From Octopus bimaculoides (lineage: Eukaryota): a DNA stretch of 64,000 bases. Below are positions 40,893 through 53,232 of the stretch, piece after piece. A program made the translations under genes and the position numbers. Positions within the stretch are counted from its first letter, which is position 1. Each line of letters starts with the position of its first letter. The notes beneath the pieces are model-generated. The model was given only the letters and a program-made list of their open reading frames with translations, was not told the origin of the DNA and ran no database searches. Location: positions 31,056,476 to 31,120,475 of the forward strand of contig NC_068990.1 of NCBI RefSeq assembly GCF_001194135.2, written 5' to 3'.

Positions 40893-40961
<69 letters not shown>

Positions 40962-43900
40962 ACAGCAGCAGCAAGAGCAGCAGTGGTGGTGGTGACAGCA
41001 GTGTGGTACTGCTGTTTTTTTCTGTTGTTATTGTTGCTGCTGTTGTTTTGTTGTGAAGATCAGCTTTGATCAAACAGTCCATGGTACATAGGCAGAATGT
41101 CAATCAGCAAGGTACTATCTAAAACTTTACTTTTTCCAGAAACACTTACTATTACCTATTAGGTAGGTGTACACTGTGTACTCCCATATGAAATCAGGTA
41201 CCTTGCAGCAGTTTGGTTACATAGAATTTTCTCCACTGCCCAGTCTCTCTCTCAAATGTTTGTAAGTCTTGTAAGGAGACCCCACAACAGATACAGGCCT
41301 TGTAAATTCAGTTAAAGTGCAACAAAGCCGTTTCTCTACACTTCTAATGCAACCCAACACAGTGACTGGTGTTGATGATATTGTAAGGACGACCGTGCGA
41401 CTCATAAAAGGAGAAATGGTGACGAATGGAAAAACAGAGGACTCAGGAGAAATGGTGACGAATGGAAAAAACAGAGGACTCCTTTTATTTAAACGTGTCA
41501 CACGGTCGAACACAAAAATATTATATATCAAAGATGATATACATGATATGTTATACTACGATAACATAGATGACCATTATGAAAGACCACAACCGTATAA
41601 GATGAACAACAGAGATATTTATTATGGCGTTAAAGATGTATGTCTGTGTGAGAGTGTGAATGCGACATATAAGAACATAATCAAAGACAGGCCGTCGTAC
41701 AAAGAAAAGTATGTATGTGAAGTGATACATGTATGTGTATGTGAGTTATTACAGCAGATGGAAAGAGAGTCAATATCACGTGAGCAATTATACCAGTTCT
41801 TTAGTACACAATAGTATGAGTCTGTATGTGAAAGAAGTGAGTTGAGGCTGTGTGTGGCAGAGCTGATCACTAGTTGTGATGTCGTGGCATCCATGCCTGG
41901 CCGTGATTCNNNNNNNNNNNNNNNNNNNNNNNNNNNNNNNNNNNNNNNNNNNNNNNNNNNNNNNNNNNNNNNNNNNNNNNNNNNNNNNNNNNNNNNNNNN
42001 NNNNNNNNNNNNNNNNNNNNNNNNNNNNNNNNNNNNNNNNNNNNNNNNNNNNNNNNNNNNNNNNNNNNNNNNNNNNNNNNNNNNNNNNNNNNNNNNNNNN
42101 NNNNNNNNNNNNNNNNNNNNNNNNNNNNNNNNNNNNNNNNNNNNNNNNNNNNNNNNNNNNNNNNNNNNNNNNNNNNNNNNNNNNNNNNNNNNNNNNNNNN
42201 NNGGCGGTGGTCATCGTTGGCTGGACGAAACTGTTGAAGTGGTTGCTGGCTGATTGTTGCTGCTGCTGTCGTGTGGTACACGGAACAGATCTCAAAGAGA
42301 AACTGAACCGAGACAAATTTGCTGGGTATGAGTTGATCTATTTAAGGCGTTAAGGGGGCTCCCAGACAGGAGTAGAAAAACACTATCACGTGACCTTATT
42401 AAGAGCCGTGATTGGTCAGTTTGCGTTCTGGCGGGAACGGTTCGAAGAAGTTGCCGATTCGAATAATGATCAGTCACGTGATGACAAGGTTGATGTTCTC
42501 CGCTACGCTCGCGTTTATTTATATTTAAATGAGAAGAATGGCGATAGCAGTTTTGTATCTAATGGCGATCAAGGTGTTAGTTTCACTACAATATTAATGC
42601 TGTCATTTTATGTGTATGTATTTTTGTTTTAAGTGAATGGGAAGAAGTGGGCTTCTAGGATAGGATTTCAGCAGTGTTCTCATGTAAACGAGTGTATACT
42701 AATGTTGTTATTTATTGGTGTTCACTAAATGTCAACCTGTGCATGCTTTTAGTTTTCCTTATGAATTGTGAATATTATAATTTTGATTTAAAAAAAAATA
42801 TATAATTGGATTTGATTGATGACAATATTTGATGTTTTTTGTCATTTCTAAGTTAGGTATTGAAATAGATAAATACTGCACTTAGTTTATTTGATAGGAG
42901 TTAGATTTGTAGGGGTATGAGAAGATTGTTTGGATTTAGTCTGAACAGACTGGGTGAAAGAATGGACTCTTTCAATACTTTTTTCATTAAGTTATTGGAC
43001 ACTGTGCAAATTAAGTGACCAGAGTGTATATTGTGATTTTTTTTCCAAATCCATATTTCAAATTAGCATTTTGTTTCTATGTGCATCAGCTGGAATGGTT
43101 TCAAGAAATTTCCTTTTCCTATTCATGGTGGTTATTGATGGTAGTTAGAATGATGTATTTATATATTTTTTTGATTTTGTTTAACCTGCCACGTTTCCTT
43201 CAAGTGAGTTTTCTGAATTGTGTGGAAGTCATGTTTGTTGATCTGAATCTGTTGTTATTTAAATGAGGAGAATGTACAAGTTTGTGATATCTCGGATGTT
43301 TAAATCTCGTGATTTTATAGGTGTATTTATGAGGATGGTATATCTATATGATACAGCTACAATCGTTTTTTTGTTAGGTTTTGGAGTAGTTACAATTGAG
43401 TCATTGTAGTGGCATTAGTGAATTGAGTGGTTGTGCCTAATGTGGTTATAGAAGCAGTTTAGTTATGATAGCTATGTTTCTCTTCTTGTGTAATTTATAT
43501 TAGCTGTATACCAGGAATTTGTGGTGCACTAGCAAGTGTTGTAATCATCAAAAGATTTCTTACTCCAACTATTTCAGAGTGTGTTAAGATATAGTTGTGG
43601 TGTGTAGCCAACTGGGACAATTAGTGAAGTAGGTACAATTATGTACACCTTTTGTTTAATTCTCCATTTATTATCTTCAGTACCTGCATTACTCATCATG
43701 GCTTTCCCTGTTCTGTGTTGAAATTTAATTCTAATTATATTATGTGGTGATGGAAATTTTACTTTTTAATTCCAATAAGATAAATGCTTGGTTGTTCATT
43801 TTAGTATTTCCAGTTTGTAGTTTACATATGCAGTATATTGCCTATACAGGTGCATACCAGGAATCTGGTACACCAAAATATGCTGGTGGCAGCATGTTTT

Positions 43901-44428
43901 GAGTGTGAATTACTTCGGAGTTTAGTATGGCGATTGTTGTGCTAGTTGCTGTTCTTATCTCTGGGATATCCCTGATCAAGTTGACATATGAAGACACAGC
44001 CTCCAGTTGTGGACATCAGCATAATTTTATTTTCATTTACTGTCTCTAAAACTACATGATCTAATGTCTTTGTAACAAGTATATGTTACTGATAGTTGTA
44101 AAGGATGCAGTGATAATTAGTTTTGATATCAGACTAGTTAAAACTTCATGAGACAGTGTGAAATGCATCAAATTAGTTTACAGAAGGAACAAAGTTATTT
44201 CTTACAAATTTTATTTCTCTGTCACAATTCATCATTAGAAACAGTACACAGAGGCTGTAGCAGTCAGCGTTTTACAGTAGTAAGAGGATGTTAGTAATGG
44301 CATACTTTTGGTAACGTTTGTCTCAGATGTAAGTGTTAGAAAGAGACAGACAAAATAGAGAGGCGTTTTCTTCTGGCAAGGTGCAAGGTGAGAGAGAGAT
44401 ATAGACATGTTAACTTTGTCAGTCATGT

Positions 44429-44501
<73 letters not shown>

Positions 44502-46334
44502 CTTTAGCAAAGGTATCGAATGATAAAGAGAGAAAGAACTCCATTTGGATTCTGTTCTTATACATGTTTGAAAGCTGGAAGCAGGTCAGGAGAACAAAAG
44601 AAGATGAATGCATTTATCTTTATTGAACTGAATCTAACCTAAGATGTTCTGTTAAAGAGTAGGGCTTGTCTAAGTTGAACAAAGTATGATAGCTAACTAT
44701 CATCAATTTCCAAGTACAAGTGCCAAGAACAATGGAAAAACTTTACAGAAAAAATCTAGGCTAAAGTTTTGATTCCTGGTTAAGAGTCCAGGAAATAAAC
44801 CATTTCATCTTCGTTCATTTTTAAGGCTATATGGAATAAATAAAAAGGATATTCAAAGATTTATAAACTAGAAGGAATAATCAGTTTAGCTGTGTCTGAT
44901 GTCTGTTCTGATATTCTGTGGTCTTTTTAGCAAAACACATAGTTACTTATAATGTAATTATAAAGTAATTTGATTAAATAGTGCACATTTATTATGTTTT
45001 TCAGAATGCCACCAACTTACAGTGTGCTTTCTGGGATGAGACACCTGGACAGACTCCTCATTGGTCAACAAAAGGCTGTGATACTTCTGGCTATATACCA
45101 GGAGAGAAAGTACTTTGCTCTTGTAACCATCTTACAAGTTTCGCACTACTAATGGTTGGTAACAATATGACAAATTGTAAATTACTTGTAATTTTGCAGC
45201 TATGCCTATCACCACACCTACACAATTCTATATTGGTATCTTAATAAATATATTGGGTTCATGTATTCTAAAGAATCACTGTTGCCCTTGTTGCAATTAG
45301 TCATTTATCAGCATAAGTGATGAGTGATACTCATTAGATATGTCATGTTACTATCCTCAATGCAATGCATGAGAACTTCTCCAACATTAAAACCAGAGAG
45401 AGATCTACAAAGTCATCTCTCCAGGTTTCAAAATCTTCTATTGTGTTGAGAGCATGTGAATAGAAGTCAACCTGGTCAAGACATATTTAAGATATAATAA
45501 ATCTCTACTGCACACCAAGGATAGTTACTGCTCAGATGTTAAACATCTGGTCTCTTTGTATTTTAACATCTCTCAAGCATGGGATTTCTCCATTCAAAAC
45601 TTTCATGTCAGTAATGCGCATGAACTAAATATTTGTCCATTACACAACATTCCTGTTATCTACAATAATAAAATGTACCTCTAAGCACCAAGGTCTGATG
45701 GTGCAAGGAATACCATCAGTGTCCTGGTGTCAAGTGAATAAAAAATAACTACTTTTTCTAGATAAGAAATACTTTCAGTTAATTTGAACTCAACACCTAT
45801 AGACTAGTGGTATAATTCTGCATCTACAACACATATACTCCAGTAATAGGAAGACTGTTGAATTTTATATAAGAATTTATTAATACTTAGCATAATGTAA
45901 GCAAATATAATGTTTGCAATGCAAGATGCAATAGTCTACACCTTCTGTGCCAATATTATAACATTCGTAATTTACTAATATATAAGAAAAGAAAAGAGCC
46001 ATATTGTTTGTTTATGTTGCAGGATGTTTACCAGAATGAAGAAACTGTAAAAAGTGTTAAACATTTATCTGTTATATCAAACATTGGCTGTGGAATTTCA
46101 TTTGTTTTCCTCGTCCTAACAGTTATAGTCCATGTTTGTTTCAAGTAAGTTCTTCAGTTACTATTTTCTTTCATAAATTATTCAAGTAATGAGAAGCATT
46201 GTCCATGATTTCTCAGGCCCCTCTCAGATTGGTAAGATGTGGTTGATGAAGGTTAATGTATACAAGAAAAACATGGGGGAAGGAGAGAATTCATGAGTGT
46301 TGCCCCTCTGCTGAGAAATGACTGGGCTGCTTGT

Positions 46335-46401
<67 letters not shown>

Positions 46402-46450
46402 NNNNNNNNNNNNNNNNNNNNNNNNNNNNNNNNNNNNNNNNNNNNNNNNN

Positions 46451-46483
<33 letters not shown>

Positions 46484-49400
46484 GTAACAGCACCTACTGT
46501 GGATCTGACTTGAAATAGTTAGCAATTGCTTAATGCTGGCTATTATTTCCTGAAGGGGAATCTAAGTCTTTCTGATGCAAAATTGGGAATTAAATATTCT
46601 AGCAATATTCTGTGGAAGGTTCATGATCCATTTTTATGTTAATGTCAGTCATAAACATCTCACTTGTCGGGAATAAAATCCTATTATTTCCTTCATAATG
46701 CTTTGATGAATTTCTTGCTGCTTATTCAAAAGTACATGATGCTTGATTTTGAAATTCCTATCTCACAAATTGCTTGCTCCACAGATTTTATTGAATTCTG
46801 GCAATATATTTCTAGTACTCCTTCTTGCTTTGTAGGGCTCATTGATGTCCAGAGTTTTCCAGAATGTGGATACTCTGAAGAATTCCATCTACTTCATGCT
46901 TATCTCTAATTCAAATGATGTTAAGTCACATAGGTGGATCTGTTTGAAACTCCATCCTAAAGAGTCATTGTTATTTGTCTGCATTTTCAAACTTCCAAAG
47001 CACTTTAGCACAAATTTTCTTTCTTCAATGCAAAGCATGGCTTCCTTTATTATTTTTAGTAAGTTTAAGGTAGAAATCCTAGTGGAACAGTTAGCACACC
47101 TTACAAAATGCTTGGTGGCATTTCCTCTGTCTTTATGTCCTGAGGTCAAATTCTGCTGAGGTTGACTATGCCTTTCTTCTTTTGGGAGGCAATAAAATAG
47201 GTATCAGTCAAGTGCTGGGACTGAAGTAATTAATTTCCATTACCTTAAAAAAAAAACTGTGAACTCAGTGCCAACATTTGAAATCACTATTTCTAATGGC
47301 TTCAATCTAAACAGAAATAAAAGTGGGGTTATCAGCTGTTAAAGTATGTATGTTATTTTAGGATAATCCTCTCTCTCTCTCTCTCTCCCTCTCCCTCTAT
47401 ACACACACATATCTATATCTGTGTGCATGTGTATCATATATGTATATGTATACAAGTGTATACACACGCATGCACATATATATATGTCAGCATCACCATT
47501 TAACATCTTTTGTCCATGCTGGCATGGGCTGGAAAGTTTGACTGGACCAGACTCCAATCTGATTTGGCATGGTTTTCTATGGCTGGATGCCCTTCCTAAC
47601 ACCAACCACTCTGAGAGTGTAATGGGTGCTTTTACATGCCACCGGCATGGGTGCCAATTTCTGTCACACTGGTAACTGCCACGACTGCAATTTTGCTCAG
47701 CTTGATAAGGCTTCCTCTCAAGCACAACATAATGCCAAATGTCTTGGTTGTTGCCTCTGTGAGGCTTAACACTGGAAAGGAACTCGGCCACCTTGTCTCC
47801 ATGTATACATGTGTATGTATACATATACATATATGTATGCCTATATGTGTGTGTGTGTGTATGTGTTTGTGTGTGTATGTGTTTGTGTGTGTATAAATGA
47901 ATATTAGCATATTTATTCTTAATACACGTAGGAAGGTTCAGATGCAAAATATGCCAGTCCCTGTAAAGTATGACAAAGGAGAGAAACTTTTCTCTTTTGT
48001 AAAATCAATATCAATTCCAGTTATAAACCAATCAGTAAACATTTTGTTTGCTGAAAGTATTGGGTCAATAATGCAGTTTTTTATGGACATGAAACCAAAG
48101 GTAATCCCATAAACTGGCCTTTTTTTTATTTTTCAAAATTAAGATAAAAAAAGTTATTGAACTCAGAACGTAAACGATTATAGTTATTATTGAAGGTCAG
48201 CAAGCTGGCAGAATCAGTAGCATGCTGGATAAAGTGCTTAGTGGTATTTTGCTTGTTGCTATGTCCTGAGTTCAAATTCTGCCGAGGTTGACTTTGCCTT
48301 TCATCCTTTTGGGGGTCAATAAATTAAGTACCAGTGAGGCACTGGGGTTGAGTAATTGACTAGTCTCCTCCCACAAATTTTAGGCCTTGTGTCTTTAGGA
48401 GAAAGATTATTACTGCATTGACTAAAGTTGTGACCTGGCAAAATCATTACTGCTCCAGGCAACATGGCCTTCCTTCCATTCTTTCAGAGGCAATAAAATA
48501 AATGCCAGTCAAGTACTGAGGTTAATGTAATCCACTAACTCCTTCTCCTCAATTTTCTGGTCTTGTGCTGAAATTTGAAACCATTATTAATGCATTGACT
48601 GATTAGTTTTTCTTTTTAGAGATTCATGCTTCACTAAAGGAAATACTTTTATTTGTATTTTTGTTATTTCAGAAATCTCTGGAAATTAATTGCTTCAAAG
48701 ATTCTAGTAAATTTATGCAGCAGTTTAGCTGTGACTAATCTCATCTTTCTCGTTGGGATGCAGTCTTATGCTTCCAAAGTAATAGCTGTTTGTAAGGTGA
48801 GTGAAAAAACATTAAAACCTATGCATATTTTTGTTTATATTGAACATTATGTATAACAGTATAACAGGTAGTTTTTGCCTCATAACAGCCTAGGTTGCAA
48901 TGCTTCCTAAATTTTTCTACAATCAATAAGTATTACATACTTTCTCCATGTATTCTCTTATTTGCCAATTGCTGTTATCAGATAATAACTTTTTTCATGA
49001 TCAAAAATAGCCAGTAATTGGCAAACAATTTTTAAAAATTTGTCCAATTATATTTTATGTAATGCCTTTCATACTACCTCCAGTCTTTGCACAACACTTT
49101 TGTCTCAGCCCATTCAGTTTTGTAAACCTCCTATCCAACATTCTTTTAATTTTATTGTGCCTATTTGATAAAATAAAGTAATATTCAGATACTGGGAGTC
49201 AATTTAATCAACTCTATTGTCTAAATTTCAGGCCGTTTACTTGCATTAGAAGCAATTAATATTATTAAAAGGCAGTGAGTTGGGAGAACCATTAGTGCAT
49301 TGGGAAAATGCCTTGTGGTATTTCTTCCAGCTCTTTACATTGATTCAGATCCACTCCTCAAAATTGCTAGCCTTATATCTAGATCAGAAACTAAAGTTGG

Positions 49401-49848
49401 CAGAATTGTTAGTGTCAAAGAAACACTTTGTAGTATTTCTTCCAACTCAGTGCACTCTGAGTTCAAATTCCACCAAGGTCATTTTGGCCTTTCAACCTTT
49501 TAGGGTAAGTATAATAAATACAACTCAAGTACTGCAGTTGATATAATTGACTAAATTAGAATAAATTACTAAAAGGTGGAAAGCCAGCAAAATTGTTACC
49601 AGATCTGACAAAATGCTTAGCAGCATTTCTTCCAGGTCTTTATATTCTGAGTTTAAATTCCGTTGAAGTTATCTTTGCCTTTCATCCTTTCGAGTGCAAT
49701 GAAATAGGCACCAGCTGAACACTGTAAGTCAATGTAATCAACTTTCCCTTCTGCCTGAAATTACTGATCTTGGTACCAAAGTTTAAAACCAATATAACTG
49801 ATTATAACTCTCCCCATGTATGTATGTGTGTGTGCATGTGTGTATGTG

Positions 49849-49880
<32 letters not shown>

Positions 49881-51321
49881 AGGCAATGTGTCTATGTCAT
49901 CAATCATTATTGTTACTATTGTTGCATTTGTTATTGTTTTAGACAATAGCTGCTTTGTTACACTACTTCCTTATGGCGACTATGATGTGGATGACTGTAG
50001 AAGCAATTCATATTTGCCTATCTGTGATTGTTCTGTCCACAAATTATCAGAAATCTTTTATGATGAGGAGTTCTATTTTGGCTTGGGGTATGTATGATGA
50101 TTTTCTAGCTTTCTATTTCTATCATTTTCTCTCTTACATCTCTCTCTATCTATTTATCAATCACACGCACACAAACCCATTCTCTGTAATAAATTTAAGA
50201 GATTATTTAGAAGTTAGTTGATGGAGGAAGGTTCAGTCAAGTGACCCAAACCCAGCATTTGATTTCTCTCCAATTTCATTGGATCAAAAGTATTGAAAGA
50301 AAAAGTTGAGTTCAATGGCATTTGAAGTCTGAGATGTTTGCTAAATACTGATATACTGTAAATCAGGTCATTTTGGCAATAGTTAAGTGGGTGTTATGAA
50401 TAAAGTCTTACTCTATAGATGTTCAGTTTATTTTCCCCTTTGTAATTTTTGCCTAAATTTTTCTTTTCTCAGGTTAGGAAAAGTATTGGGAATCACTGCT
50501 GTAAAGCATTTAAGAAAGTACACTACGTCCTGAATCTTGTATCATTATTAATCTTTGAATATTCAAAGACACTTTTGAAGACAGAAATTAAAATTCTGCC
50601 ACTTATAACAACCACAACATAGACTACTGTCTTGCCTCACACTAAAATCTAGGTTTGCAAACCCAGAATTGTTCCACAATATTAAACCTTCACTGTAAAC
50701 AAAACTCTTCCTGCTATCATTGTTTAGCCCCAGCTCAGCACTGATAAAGCAAACCTATAATTGAAGACATTCAATAAAAGGCTTTTCTGACTATATCAAG
50801 CACTACATTTTATAACTTGTTCACCTTTTTCAAAGCAGTACAATGGGATTTAAAGGAATTTGGCTGCTATTTCTAGCAGATCAATCATTTGCGTATACAA
50901 TTTATGTGAAAAGGGAGTAATTGTGTATGGTTTAGATATGGTAGCATTACTATGTGACAAGCATAGATGTCCGCATGAGATAGATAACATATAAGGAGTT
51001 GAGGTGTGAAATGAGATATTACCTGAAAAGAAACCATGCAGTTATTAATAAAAAGAGCTGAAATTAGTGCATTCAAGATTTCACAGCTCCAGCATCACTC
51101 CTTCATAGTCAGCCGGTGAAATTTTCAACCCAACCTCATATAGAGATCGGTGCAAGTAAATTTTTATTGTCATTTGTGTAATTTAGTCTTCATGCTCTTG
51201 TTCAGAATTTCCAGGTGTTTTTTTTGTTTTTTTTTTCCCCACTTTTCTCCAATTAAATCATGAAGTTGGAAGAAAACAGAGTATATTTTCTGGACTCCAG
51301 AAGTGTGACAAGCAGAAAGTG

Positions 51322-51411
<90 letters not shown>

Positions 51412-52512
51412 GTGTATATGTGCATGCATGCATGATATGAAATAATACGACATTGGATTATTTTGGAGATAAATGCATAGTCAATTGAATCAGTTGAAAT
51501 TTGATGACTTTATGAGTTTTAATATTGATTGATATCTACTTATTATATTCCTTCATCTAAATATCATTGCCAGGTCTTCCAGCAATCATTGTCATAATTA
51601 CTCTTGCAGTCAATTATACTAACAACTACATTAGAATTGGAGAAATGTAAGTATTTCTGTCTTTTATTCACCTCATTTTCTCCGTTCTTTAAAACTGATG
51701 TTGCGCTACATTTATTTATATTTTGAGTATTGTAGAATAGTAGATAATCTATGAACAAGCTCAAACTATGATTTAGTTTTGATACCTGGTTGAAGGGATT
51801 CACTTCCTTAATCCTTTAACATTCAGATTATTGTCAAATGTAACATTTATTCACATTCTTTTGGATTCATCATGCCTTATCTTGTAGCTTTGAGATTATG
51901 ATGATCTGATTGTTTATTTTGAGAATAGCATTGTCAAGTAGGTGTGAAAGGCAGGATCTAACCAATTCAAACATAAACATATAGAATATTTGGGCCAGAT
52001 ATGGCTGGTTTAAATACTAAAGGGTCAACATTGTTTAAATTTTTCTGAAAATAATTGACATCAATAATTTCATTAGCCCATCCATGAGATAAGTTCATCA
52101 ACAAGAGATTAGTTTGTGCATTGATGCCCAAAAGCACAAGGTCAAACTGCTAATGAAGGTCATTATTGTTAATCAAGTTCCCCAAAGGCACAATATGGAT
52201 CCCAAGCACATCCATTCAAAAGAATTTAGTGGTGAAGAGGCATACAAGCACCTTCGATCCCAGTCCTAATAACTGAACCAGAGTATGTTTACTTGTAATA
52301 TTATCATAGTACTGCTAGGAATACTTTCATCAGAATGGGAAATATACAGATGGGTGATAATATGTGGGTAAAGAAGTGCCAGATTATCCATGTGGAAAGA
52401 AGAAATGTAAAAAGTAAACCAAAGAAAATTCACATTGCAGATTAATTAAATAAATAATTTGACTAATCAGTAACATGAAACTCAGAATAAGGATTCAAGA
52501 TTCTATGGCATC

Positions 52513-52551
<39 letters not shown>

Positions 52552-52562
52552 ACATACATGTG

Positions 52563-52601
<39 letters not shown>

Positions 52602-53197
52602 CTGGCCTCAGAAACCTGAGCATGACAGATGGATGAGAATGGACTGGAATCTCTGGCAGTATGAAGTTCTTAAAAAGACTCACCCACCCCAGCAAAACAG
52701 AGTTCTAGAAGTGCTATATTTTGGGGTTCTCCACACATTACAGTGTGTCCCCTCACACATCATCGCTTGCTTTATACTTGCCTCTTCCACCTCCCACTGG
52801 CTCCACAGACTACTCAACCATATATCTCTCTCTTGCCCTTTCACCCTGAGTAGTTTATAAATTGAAGGTGTCTTGAATTTATAAACTACTTGGTAAAAAA
52901 GAATGCTAATTATACAAAAGAATATAAAGAGAGGAAATCAAATGCAACCCAGCAGTGCATTAAAAGCTACCTACCTGATGCAGTGTCAGCAACAGTTGTC
53001 ACTGCATCATATTCATTCATGTAATTATTTATAAAATAATTTTATGTAATGGTATGAGAAGGAAAACGTGGCAATTTGGAGCTGTTGCCTCTGCATAGAA
53101 ACAAATGTAATTTATAATTAAAGCATATTTATTCCATCTTCTTCTTGTATATACTTTTATATGTGCATGTGTGTGTGTATGTGTGTGTGTATATATG

Positions 53198-53232
<35 letters not shown>

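Noticed and set aside
41317-42281. 165-aa and 219-aa ORFs as nested genes
   Set aside because: They lie inside the solo LTR, include a tandem duplication or gap, and show no recognisable domain.
42640-43700. T/G-skewed stretch possibly from an old LINE on the minus strand
   Set aside because: I could not recover any diagnostic motif with confidence.
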